Source of the DNA: Candidatus Zixiibacteriota bacterium
GTDB lineage: Bacteria > Zixibacteria > MSB-5A5 > CAIYYT01
Direction: 5' to 3'
Length of the DNA stretch: 21,932 nt
NCBI GenBank assembly: GCA_040235515.1
Contig: JBECKX010000172.1
Location: forward strand, 1-21,932
Every line of letters starts with the position of its first letter. Position 1 is the stretch's first letter. Both the position numbers and the translations under genes were made by a program. The notes beneath the pieces are model-generated. The model was not told where the DNA came from. It did no database searches and saw only the letters and a list, made by a program, of their open reading frames with translations. Positions 1-8,418 of this stretch are shown piece after piece.

Positions 1-933
1 ATCGTTGGGCTGGCATTCCTGCTGACCCTGATGATCGGTCCCGCCGCAATGGCCCAGATGTACAAGTTCTCCGGCGGACCCTCGGGCGGAACATTCCAAT
101 ACTACGCCAGCGCGATTTCAACAATCGCCAAGAAGGAAGGTTTCAAGGTCCTGGCGGCGTCCTCCGGTGGCGCCATCGAGAATATCCGCACCGTCAACAG
201 CGGCAAGTCGGCATTCGGTGTTACCTACTCCGGTAACGTTTATGCCGCTCGCAACGGTGGTTTGCGCAACGACGACGCCAAGTATGAAGATGTCCTGGTG
301 GTCTCGTTCCTCTATGGCGCACCGGCACAGCTGGTCGTGAAAGAGGGATCCGACATCATGACCCCGAAACAGCTCGAAGGCAAGCGCGTCGGAGTCGGAA
401 ACGCCGGGTCTGGCGCCGCGGCGAACGCCGAGATTTTCTTCCGCCAGATCGGTATCTGGGACAAGATGGAACGCGAGAACCTCGGCTATCGGGCGGCCGC
501 TGATGCGTTCAAGAACGGTCAGCTCGATGCCTTCTGGGTTTTCGTCGGTTTCCCGAACGCGTCGGTGCTTGAAGCTGCACTGCAAACAGATGTACGCCTG
601 CTCGACACCTACAAAGCTGGTGCGGAAGCGGGCTTATTCGAAAAGCATCCTTATTTTGGCAAGGTCATCATCCCTGCTAACACTTATAACGGCCAAACTG
701 AGGATGTCACAACTTTCCAGGACGCTGCTGTCTGGATCGCGAACAAGGATGTCTCCGAGGATGTTGTTTACAACTTGCTCAAGGCAGTCTACAGCGAAGA
801 GGGCCTCAAGTACATGGTTGAGGTTCACAAATCCGCCAAGGCTATGAGCATCGAAAGCGGTACAACGGGAGTAGTGACACCGTTCCACCCGGGAGCGATA
901 AAGTTCTGGAAAGAACACGGCGTTATGGAGTAG
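1..933 (+). CDS. TRAP transporter solute-binding protein, TAXI family (5'-truncated at window edge)
   Basis: The frame is open from base 1 (IVGLAFLLTLMIGPAAMA, the end of a signal peptide). TAXI motifs GGPSGGTFQYY, SSGGAIEN, LEGKRVGVGNAGSG and PFHPGA are present. A fused TRAP permease follows. Confidence 0.92.
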   Translation: MVGLAFLLTLMIGPAAMAQMYKFSGGPSGGTFQYYASAISTIAKKEGFKVLAASSGGAIENIRTVNSGKSAFGVTYSGNVYAARNGGLRNDDAKYEDVLVVSFLYGAPAQLVVKEGSDIMTPKQLEGKRVGVGNAGSGAAANAEIFFRQIGIWDKMERENLGYRAAADAFKNGQLDAFWVFVGFPNASVLEAALQTDVRLLDTYKAGAEAGLFEKHPYFGKVIIPANTYNGQTEDVTTFQDAAVWIANKDVSEDVVYNLLKAVYSEEGLKYMVEVHKSAKAMSIESGTTGVVTPFHPGAIKFWKEHGVME

Positions 934-956
934 GCTGCTTTTGAATTTGCATCCGA

Positions 957-978
957 GGGAGGCCCGTTTGGGTCTCCC
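957..978 (+). terminator. Intercistronic stem-loop (mRNA stabiliser or partial terminator) between binding protein and permease
   Basis: GGGAGGCCC-GTTT-GGGTCTCCC is a 9-bp stem with one G-U pair, 23 nt after the stop codon and followed shortly by ATTTTATT. Confidence 0.5.
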
Positions 979-1055
979 GCGCCATTTTATTCGATGAGTC
1001 AAGATGAGAAACGGACTTCAGCACTGAACCTCAAACTAATCGGGTAGAGTTAGCC

Positions 1056-2798
1056 ATGTACGACACATTACATCGTTTCGAGAAATTCGCATTCTCAGTT
1101 ATGTCGGTAATCTTGGTGTTGTTCTATTCGATCTCAGCAGTCTGGATCCCGGCATCGACGCAGTATCACCGCGGCATCTATGTGCTCATCACCTATATCG
1201 CCGTCTTCCTGATCTATAAATCAAAAAGCAAAATCGGGCGGGTCGTTGACTATCTGCTCATGACCCTCTCGGCAGTATCGATCGCCTACTGGATCTACAA
1301 TTTCGAAACCATCAGTTACCGCGCCGGCGCCGAGACGATGATGGACAAGTACATCGCGGTGATTGGAGTGCTGCTCGGAATCGAAATCGCGCGACGGGCG
1401 GTCGGCAACGTTTTTGTCGGCATCGGCGTGTTGATGCTGATCTACGGTGTCTATGGTGAGTATGCACCACTCCTGATCGCACACCCAGGCGATACTTTTC
1501 TTGGGGTGTGCACGACCATCTTCTTCCGCGAAGATGGCGTATTCGGAATCATGGCGAACGTGCTGGCAACTTACGTTCTCTTGTTCGTGCTGTTCGGCGC
1601 CTATCTGGAGAAGTCGGGGGCGCAGAGGTTCTTCATCGACTTCCCCCTGGCGGCGGTAGGGCATCGTACCGGCGGTCCGGCTAAAGTTGCCGTGATCGCC
1701 AGCGCGCTCTTCGGCTCGATCTCCGGCAGCGCCATCGCCAATACCGTTAGCACAGGTTCATTCACGATTCCTTTGATGAAGAAGGCGGGCTTCAAACCGC
1801 ACGTTGCGGGGGCGGTTGAGCCTGCGGCATCGATCGGCGGGATGTTCATGCCACCTGTGATGGGGGCCGGTGGGTTCATCATGGCGGAGCTGACCGGCTT
1901 CCCATATTCCTACATCATGCTTGTCGCGATCTTCCCGGCTCTGATGTACTTCTTCAGCGTGTTCGTGATGGTGCACTACGAAGCAAAGGTGCACAACATC
2001 AAGGGTGACAAGTCGCCGATTCCCGCATCGCAGATCCTTAAGAAAGAATGGTACTATATCGCGCCACTGGTCTTGATCACCGCGCTGATGCTCTTCGGTT
2101 TCTCGGCGGGCTTCGCTGCGGTCGCGGGACTCGTCAGTTGTATCGCCGTTAGCTGGGTCAAGAAGGATACTCGCATGAAGCCGAAGGAGATGGTCGAAGC
2201 GGCGCGTATGGGTACCGAGAGCAGTCTCAAGATCGGTGCGACGGTAGGTATCATCGGTATTATCATCTCAATGCTCACGTTCAGCGGGCTGATTCTCACC
2301 TTCGCCGACATCGTGATCGAACTCGCCAGCGGCAACCTGGTCCTCACGATTCTCTTCATTGCGCTAGCGTCGCTGGTTTTGGGTATGGGGGTTCCGGTGA
2401 CTGCTGCCTACCTGATTACCGCCGTTGTCGCGGTCCCTGCGCTAACGCACCTCAACGTCAACCCGTTGGCAGCACATATGATCGTCTACTGGCTCTCGCA
2501 GGACTCCAATATCACTCCTCCCGTTTGTATCGCCGCCTTTGCCGGCGCAACTATCGCCGATGCTCCGATGTGGCGTACCGCGTTCACGTCATTCAAGTTT
2601 GCCAAATTCCTCTACCTCGGTCCATTCCTCTTCGGATTCGTCCCCGGGTTTACTCTGCAGGGCGACGTCTGGGATATCGTGAAGGCTTTTGGGTTGATTA
2701 TCGTCGGCAACTACCTCTACTCGTATTTCCTCAGCTTCGCCTGGTGGCACAATCTCAAAGCGTGGCTCAACCGCCGTCGCGGCGATGTACCCGCTTAG
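1056..2798 (+). CDS. TRAP transporter fused permease subunit (DctQM, 4TM/12TM fusion, TAXI-associated)
   Basis: 580 aa and highly hydrophobic. Motifs GGPAKVAV, FGSISGSAIAN, GSFTIPLMKKAGF, PPVMGAGGFIMAE, LGMGVPVTAAY and ITPPVC are present. Confidence 0.93.
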   Translation: MYDTLHRFEKFAFSVMSVILVLFYSISAVWIPASTQYHRGIYVLITYIAVFLIYKSKSKIGRVVDYLLMTLSAVSIAYWIYNFETISYRAGAETMMDKYIAVIGVLLGIEIARRAVGNVFVGIGVLMLIYGVYGEYAPLLIAHPGDTFLGVCTTIFFREDGVFGIMANVLATYVLLFVLFGAYLEKSGAQRFFIDFPLAAVGHRTGGPAKVAVIASALFGSISGSAIANTVSTGSFTIPLMKKAGFKPHVAGAVEPAASIGGMFMPPVMGAGGFIMAELTGFPYSYIMLVAIFPALMYFFSVFVMVHYEAKVHNIKGDKSPIPASQILKKEWYYIAPLVLITALMLFGFSAGFAAVAGLVSCIAVSWVKKDTRMKPKEMVEAARMGTESSLKIGATVGIIGIIISMLTFSGLILTFADIVIELASGNLVLTILFIALASLVLGMGVPVTAAYLITAVVAVPALTHLNVNPLAAHMIVYWLSQDSNITPPVCIAAFAGATIADAPMWRTAFTSFKFAKFLYLGPFLFGFVPGFTLQGDVWDIVKAFGLIIVGNYLYSYFLSFAWWHNLKAWLNRRRGDVPA

Positions 2799-3130
2799 CC
2801 ATTCCGAGCGATCACAACCCCCCGGGCGGAAGCAGCAAAAATGGCAGTTGCCCAAATTCCCGAGGAACACCCCTGCAGTTCGCCCTGTAAGCCATTGTCT
2901 GACAGCACCCTATGATGTTCGCGGCGAATGCCGCTCTGGAGCCGCTCGCGATCACAAAGCCAAAATAAACCTCTCATATCCATAATAATTGTAGGAATCT
3001 CTCGTCTGAGCCGATATATTGGGTGAGTAAACTAATTTGAGTTCGAACTTATCGTAGTCTTGTCCTAATCCACAACTCTCCGCTAAATCGCTATCTCGAA
3101 TTGAAAGCGCAATGGTGCGCAAACAGCTTT

Positions 3131-3196
3131 TTGTCCCGAGGACCCTATATCCGGTTCGACTGAATCCAGTTCGACTGACGGTTCTCGCCCGGACAA
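3131..3196 (+). promoter_or_regulatory. Candidate structured 5' leader of the RRM gene, with a tandem 15-nt repeat in its loop
   Basis: TTGTCC-CGAGGACC (3131-3144) pairs with GGTTCTCG-ccc-GGACAA (3180-3196). The loop contains ATCCGGTTCGACTGA and ATCCAGTTCGACTGA (3149-3178). Confidence 0.45.
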
Positions 3197-3214
3197 CCAA
3201 CTATGGAGTGTAGA

Positions 3215-3514
3215 ATGAATATCTACATCGGCAACATGTCGTTTGATACGACAGAAGATCAGCTTCGTCAGGCCTTCGCCGGTTTTGGCACGGTTTCGAC
3301 AGTCAACATCATCACAGATAAGTTCAGCGGTGACTCACGTGGATTCGCGTTCGTGGAGATGTCAACAAAGGAAGAAGCAGCCGCAGCAATCAGCGGGCTC
3401 AATGGCCAGGAGTTGAATGGCCGCACGCTGACTGTCAACGAGGCCAAACCACGCACCAACAGTGGTGGTGGTGGTAGCCGCGGTGGCAACAAGGGCTTCC
3501 GCAGATCATATTAA
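3215..3514 (+). CDS. RRM-domain RNA-binding protein with Gly-rich tail
   Basis: RNP2 (IYIGNM) and RNP1 (RGFAFVEM) motifs, LNGRTLTVNEAKPR and a GGGGSRGG tail. I moved the start to ATG 3215 because GGAG lies at 3205-3208. Confidence 0.95.
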   Translation: MNIYIGNMSFDTTEDQLRQAFAGFGTVSTVNIITDKFSGDSRGFAFVEMSTKEEAAAAISGLNGQELNGRTLTVNEAKPRTNSGGGGSRGGNKGFRRSY

Positions 3515-3590
3515 TGATCATCGAAGCGGCGTAAACTGGCAGGTAAGGATCGGTTCTGATCCATCTACTTCCAGAAAGCCATTGACAATC

Positions 3591-3623
3591 AAAGACCGGT
3601 CGTCAAACCGGTCTTTTTTTTTT
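3591..3623 (+). terminator. Rho-independent terminator
   Basis: The hairpin AAAGACCGGT-CGTCAA-ACCGGTCTTT runs into a 10-T tract downstream of the RRM gene. Confidence 0.88.
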
Positions 3624-3754
3624 GCATACCACAAAGACTGCCTGCGTTCGACAACAATCACAACGGTTCGGCTCGCCTCAGGAGTCACTTCAGGTTGCTG
3701 GCCAACCAAACAGCCACGAACGCAGAGAGTACTCAGATAACACTTAAAGAGCAC

Positions 3755-4483
3755 TTACCTGTCGGATCGATCCAGTCGCTTCCGAATCGGGTCCCACACT
3801 TTCTTGCTCAGAAAGCTCAACGGCACATCCTCCTCCATCTCGAGATATGTCTTGTAAGGCACAGTGAAAGTGAGGATATCTGCCGGCAATACCTTGCGCG
3901 CCGCCAGATCGATGTTTCCGATGATACCGCGCGGTTGTTCTTTGAGTGATTCATTGTAGGGAATGACACAAACCGACTGACAACCCGCACCGAAGGGTGC
4001 AGCAACATGGTCGTTGCCGCGCCGGCGAAAATTGATGAGGGCAGCGAGAGCCGAAAGTTGATCGGCATTGACCGGAAACGACACCAGTACCGGTTCCTCT
4101 ACAGCCGGATCTACATCGATGAGTGGCTTGAAGATCACGTTTTTCTCCGGTACGTCGACATACCCGAAATTATCCATAAAGTCGTCGACCAACTCGCGGC
4201 TCTTGAAGTAGCCCTCTTCGTCAGCCAGCAGGTTCTCCATGAACTCACGAGCCGGTGTGTAAGTATCCCCGAGACAAAGACCTACTCCGGCGCCCACGCA
4301 GCCATAACTTGTGCGGTCGAAGGCAACGCACTTGCCCTGTTTCATCGTGAGCACGTACAGCGCCATCGCGCACCCCCATTTTCCTTCTCCAAGCTGGTGA
4401 GCATCCTCCGGCTTGCTGTCGGAGAAAAGAATCGCGACGACATTGTGAGTAAGCTTCAGTTGATCGGCCAGTAGGCTCTGCAT
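3755..4483 (-). CDS. DUF169-family protein
   Basis: 242 aa with the family's Cys pattern (WGCAM, YGCVGAGVGL, PFGAGCQS), VNADQLSAL and LTFTVP. A GGAG RBS is present. Confidence 0.8.
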   Translation of the reverse strand: MQSLLADQLKLTHNVVAILFSDSKPEDAHQLGEGKWGCAMALYVLTMKQGKCVAFDRTSYGCVGAGVGLCLGDTYTPAREFMENLLADEEGYFKSRELVDDFMDNFGYVDVPEKNVIFKPLIDVDPAVEEPVLVSFPVNADQLSALAALINFRRRGNDHVAAPFGAGCQSVCVIPYNESLKEQPRGIIGNIDLAARKVLPADILTFTVPYKTYLEMEEDVPLSFLSKKVWDPIRKRLDRSDR

Positions 4484-4677
4484 GGCGACACTCCGTGAGT
4501 CAAATTCTCATCTATGCATCCTGCGCATACTCGACAATCTGGTGCCGAGAGTCAACTATAATAGAGTCTTTACGCGCTATTCAATCCGTCGCAGCAACAA
4601 AATAGTTGGAATCATTTTCTCCGATTCTGAATCCAACTGATAGCAATGAATAACAATCGACTGAGAGGCTTAAATTT

Positions 4678-5565
4678 ATGGCGAAGGTACATACGCGTGG
4701 TCTGACATCGTTCTTTACACTCTTCGGATTCCTGATCATGTCGATTTCAGGTCTGGTGCTCTACGTTGTTCCGGCCGGGCGAGTCGCCTACTGGACGGAC
4801 TGGGCGCTGATTGGACTTGATAAAGATGGCTGGGATAACATCCACATACTCTCGAGCATTCTGTTCGTCATCGCCGGTGGTTTCCACACCTATTTTAACT
4901 GGAAACCGCTCATGAATTACTTCAAGGACAAAGCCAGGCGAGGTGTCAAACTGCGGCGTGAGCTGGCCCTCTCATCCATCCTCTCGCTGCTGATTGTCAT
5001 CGGGGGAATCATGCCGTTTCCGCCGCTCTCCTACCTGCTCGATTTCAATGCCTGGTTGAAGGAGACCTGGATTGTTGCCGCCGACTACGAGCCTCCGTTC
5101 GGACATGCCGAGCTCCTCTCGCTCAAATCTTTCGCACAGAAAATGGATATCGACCTGTCGCTCGCGGTCGCGGAGTTGAATACCCGGGGTCTGGTCTCGA
5201 TTGACCCGGAGTTGACCCTCGCGGAGTTGGCAGAGGCGAACAAAATGTCACCCATGAGCTTTTATCTGCTGATCAAGCCGTTTGAGGCGAAACCGACGCA
5301 GGAGGACTTGCAAGCATACACGCCCGAATCGGTGGAGGTAGAGTTCGGGGGAACCGGCATCGGTAATCAGCCGATCGGCGCTGTTTGCGATAAACTCGGT
5401 CTGGATCCAGACCTCGCCCTGGGACGTCTTTCCGAGGCGGGGCTTTCCGCTCGCCTGGATTCGACGGTGAAAGCTGTAGCTGCGGAGGGTGGCGTGGCGC
5501 CGCTGGAAGTAATGAAGGTGATGCTGGTCGAGGGCTACTCACCCATGCCCGATCAATCGGAATAA
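4678..5565 (+). CDS. DUF4405-domain membrane protein (probable heme-b cytochrome domain) with soluble C-terminal extension
   Basis: SGLVLY...WDNIHILSS...FHTYFNWKPL gives two His residues in one TM helix. A third TM follows, then PPFGHAELLSL and repeated T/S-L-x-E-L-A-like helical units. GAGG RBS. Confidence 0.8.
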   Translation: MAKVHTRGLTSFFTLFGFLIMSISGLVLYVVPAGRVAYWTDWALIGLDKDGWDNIHILSSILFVIAGGFHTYFNWKPLMNYFKDKARRGVKLRRELALSSILSLLIVIGGIMPFPPLSYLLDFNAWLKETWIVAADYEPPFGHAELLSLKSFAQKMDIDLSLAVAELNTRGLVSIDPELTLAELAEANKMSPMSFYLLIKPFEAKPTQEDLQAYTPESVEVEFGGTGIGNQPIGAVCDKLGLDPDLALGRLSEAGLSARLDSTVKAVAAEGGVAPLEVMKVMLVEGYSPMPDQSE

Positions 5566-5570
5566 ATGAT

Positions 5571-5598
5571 CGGCGGATACCCCTTTGGATATCCGCCG
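5571..5598. terminator. Hairpin between convergent genes (probable terminator)
   Basis: A 9-bp perfect inverted repeat CGGCGGATA/TATCCGCCG lies 5 nt after the DUF4405 stop. On the minus strand it is followed by ATCATTTATT. Confidence 0.6.
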
Positions 5599-5675
5599 TA
5601 CAAGGTAGTGTTGAAGGTTTGGGTTGAGTAGTGTGTAACCGCGGGTTGTCTTGTCAACTCCGTTGGACTACCGGC

Positions 5676-6959
5676 TTAGAAATCGTGAATAATCCCGGCC
5701 CGCAACATCACCGCATCAAGATCGGGGAAGAGGCTGAATGCCAGCAGCGGACCGAACGCTTCCGGCGGACTTCTGTCGCCGCGCTGCGAATACCATTCGA
5801 GCGTCAGTGATAGTTTCGTCTGTGGACTCGTTGGAACCATGTATGAGACACCAGAAGTAATCGCATCGAACTTCGCCAACCTGCTATCGGCTGACACATA
5901 TTCCGGAAGTGGTTCACCCTGGAGCAAGAACGGCCTCGAGAAGTCTGCGCGGTTCTGATGATACCAGCGCAGATGCGGCCTGATCGCGCCGATCTCATGC
6001 ATGTCGAGTTTGATCGCCAGGTACGCCGTGTGCGAGGTCACACCCCAGTCATCCCAGAAAAAGCGGTATTCGGATTCGGTAAAGAGACCGAGTGTGTATG
6101 TGCGAATCTCACAGGAGACGGCATTGCCGATTCGCCGATCTGGTCGCTTCTCGAAGAGGGCCTCAACCGGCTCACCGGGATCTTCACCATCGGCCGGCTG
6201 TACGACACTGATTACCTTGTATGGATCAGTCAGGTATCCAGCGGCGTAGTCGAGCGAATAGCCGATCCGCGCCAGCACCCGTGGACTCAGCACCCTGGTG
6301 AGACTGATCGCCGCATCGACGACATTCTTATTGCGTCCGCCGTTGGTGATCCGCCTGCCGTACTCATCCTCCTCGACTTCGGCGGTGGTCGACGCGAACT
6401 CGGTCGGGACACCATCGATTGGCTTGATCGCATCACGATTTATTGAAACCGAGATACCCAGTGATGTCATCGTACTGTCGAGTCCCTTGGTAATGCTTCC
6501 ACTGAGACCCACCGACTTGTAATCGTGTTCCCGTGACAGGTGAATTCCACCACTGATGTCGGTACCGAAACTAACGGTTCGCGACAGCGAAGCGTCGAGA
6601 GCAAAACGCGTGTCGGCAAACCCATCGTCGGTCGGAATCTCACCGGCGGGGACAACGGTTCTGGAACCACCCGAGGGTCGTGTCACGGTCTGCGCGCGTT
6701 TGGAAGGCGACTCCCCGGTGGGAGAAGCGCCGGTCAAACCATCGTAGGTGAAGCGCAAACCGAGGAGATCCCCACTCTGCATTCGCTTCTCGAGGCTGAA
6801 CATCGCCTCGGTGGCACGCACGCGATTACTCTCGGAGTAAATCAGCAGTGAGGTCTCAGATTGGTTGAGACCAGCCCCGCCTGCAGGGGAGGAACCCACC
6901 AGTACCGCAGTCACGGCGGTCAGCGCCTCTCCAATGGGACGTAGCTTCTTTAGTTGCAC
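5676..6959 (-). CDS. DUF3570-family outer-membrane protein
   Basis: GTG start (MQLKK) overlaps the end of the DUF4266 gene, with GGAGG upstream. Motifs YSESNRV, YDGLTGASPTG, GYLTDPYKV, YRFFWDDWGVTSHT, SADSRLAKF and a C-terminal Phe. Confidence 0.88.
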   Translation of the reverse strand: MQLKKLRPIGEALTAVTAVLVGSSPAGGAGLNQSETSLLIYSESNRVRATEAMFSLEKRMQSGDLLGLRFTYDGLTGASPTGESPSKRAQTVTRPSGGSRTVVPAGEIPTDDGFADTRFALDASLSRTVSFGTDISGGIHLSREHDYKSVGLSGSITKGLDSTMTSLGISVSINRDAIKPIDGVPTEFASTTAEVEEDEYGRRITNGGRNKNVVDAAISLTRVLSPRVLARIGYSLDYAAGYLTDPYKVISVVQPADGEDPGEPVEALFEKRPDRRIGNAVSCEIRTYTLGLFTESEYRFFWDDWGVTSHTAYLAIKLDMHEIGAIRPHLRWYHQNRADFSRPFLLQGEPLPEYVSADSRLAKFDAITSGVSYMVPTSPQTKLSLTLEWYSQRGDRSPPEAFGPLLAFSLFPDLDAVMLRAGIIHDF

Positions 6960-7183
6960 CCGCAACCTCCACCACCCACTCCCTGGCCGCCGCTGGTGGC
7001 TTCCTTGGAGAAGTAAACATGATCGTCGAAGAGATCACGGTGTGCCGTATCATCGAACCTCATCTCCGGACGTTCCAGCGGATCTCGAACACATATCTGC
7101 GAATTCGAACTCGCGCAGCCGGCCAGCAGAGCCAGCAATGTCAGCGCGAGCACGAAACAGGTAATCACGTTAGACCTTCTCAT
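6950..7183 (-). CDS. DUF4266-family lipoprotein
   Basis: Lipobox LLAGC and the hallmark C-terminus HVYFSKEATSGGQGVGGGGCGCN. GGAGGTG RBS. Confidence 0.9.
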   Translation of the reverse strand: MRRSNVITCFVLALTLLALLAGCASSNSQICVRDPLERPEMRFDDTAHRDLFDDHVYFSKEATSGGQGVGGGGCGCN

Positions 7184-7254
7184 GGTGCACCTCCCGGTTC
7201 TCGCTTGAGTCGGTCGACCATTCAGTAAGACCAGACTTAACGGTTCGTTGGCTG

Positions 7255-7968
7255 CTAAAAGTGATAGGCAAGGCCCACCATCAGTCGGGTCAAAACATCC
7301 GGCTGAGCAATCGCCTTGTCGGCATCGGCATAGGTATAATCAGCGATCGGATGCGTGTGATCACCGTCAGGACGATAGTAGGTATCGTGCCCGGAGAGCG
7401 TACTCTTGAAGTAGTAGTCGGCGCCAAGGGTGAACACCATGTCAACCACCGGGCTTAACGCAAAGGCGCTCTCAAGTCCACCACCGAGACCCCACTGCTT
7501 CGATATCACGGAAAACGTCTCGGCGCCACCGATATACTCGAAGAAGGCATCGAAATCGGAACGTCTCGGGCCGAAGTAGAGCTGCGACCGCTCGAGCTGC
7601 AACAGCTTGATCGGGTAGATCAAATCCATCCGCACATCCCACACGTGGGCGTCCGAGCGTGCCGTTCCATTGCGGTTGTTGTCGATGAATATCCGACGGG
7701 CGGCCCACTCATCACCGGAGTCAACTCGTGAGTAGCCAAGCCCAACTCTTACTGCAAACGGAAATCCTCTGGCGAAATCCTGCGCGGTTGCGCTCATGTG
7801 GAATCCGACGCCGGAGTAATAACCCATCTTCATCTCGCCTACCAGCCAGTGCCTGCCGTTGTCAGCTTTCTCACCCATCATCGCCGGTGATTCCTGGGCG
7901 AACGCACTCGCTGAAACCGTAGTCAGCGCCATCACAAGGATGACAGCCCTTAAAATTGTTCGTTGCAT
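7255..7968 (-). CDS. Outer-membrane beta-barrel protein, function unknown
   Basis: Sec signal peptide (..ASAFA-Q), alternating amphipathic strands and C-terminal GLAYHF. ATG 7968 is 6 nt from GAGGAG; ATG 7974 is the alternative start. Confidence 0.72.
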   Translation of the reverse strand: MQRTILRAVILVMALTTVSASAFAQESPAMMGEKADNGRHWLVGEMKMGYYSGVGFHMSATAQDFARGFPFAVRVGLGYSRVDSGDEWAARRIFIDNNRNGTARSDAHVWDVRMDLIYPIKLLQLERSQLYFGPRRSDFDAFFEYIGGAETFSVISKQWGLGGGLESAFALSPVVDMVFTLGADYYFKSTLSGHDTYYRPDGDHTHPIADYTYADADKAIAQPDVLTRLMVGLAYHF

Positions 7969-8418
7969 GGTCATCTCCTCACAACAGAAGTGTTACTTGA
8001 CTGAGTAGGCGGTCCTAACGAACGGAAGTAAGGAAGCGAAGGTTTACCGCCTAACTCTACGTTTCGGTGTTCCAATTTGGAATCTTTAATTTCTTCTTGA
8101 GAAAATCGTAAGCTGCTGGGCAGCAGCAACTAAACTGTGGTGGAGCGCGAGTGCGGGGGGCTATTGCGGCCCTGTTTCGGCCCGAAACAGCCGGATCGAT
8201 CCTCCCTGAACCACCCTGATTGACACCGCGGCCTGCGCGAATCGCCGGGCAGAACCGGCAACCATACCGCCCCGCCGAGGTGATTTCACTCCCGCGCCGC
8301 GAGCGAACTGGTCAGAAACTCCCTTCTCCCTGTACGATATTCACCTATATAGACCTCTGATGTTGAGTAGGACTTGCAGGTACCACGCTGGACCACCAAC
8401 TCTGATCCGGGAGATTAG

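Noticed and set aside
2808..2957. 10-bp direct repeat GCGATCACAA 140 bp apart after the TRAP operon
   Set aside because: There are no terminal inverted repeats or coding remnant between the copies, so it is too weak to call an insertion scar.
3149..3178. Tandem repeat as a mini-CRISPR
   Set aside because: There are only two adjacent 15-mers, with no spacers and no cas genes.
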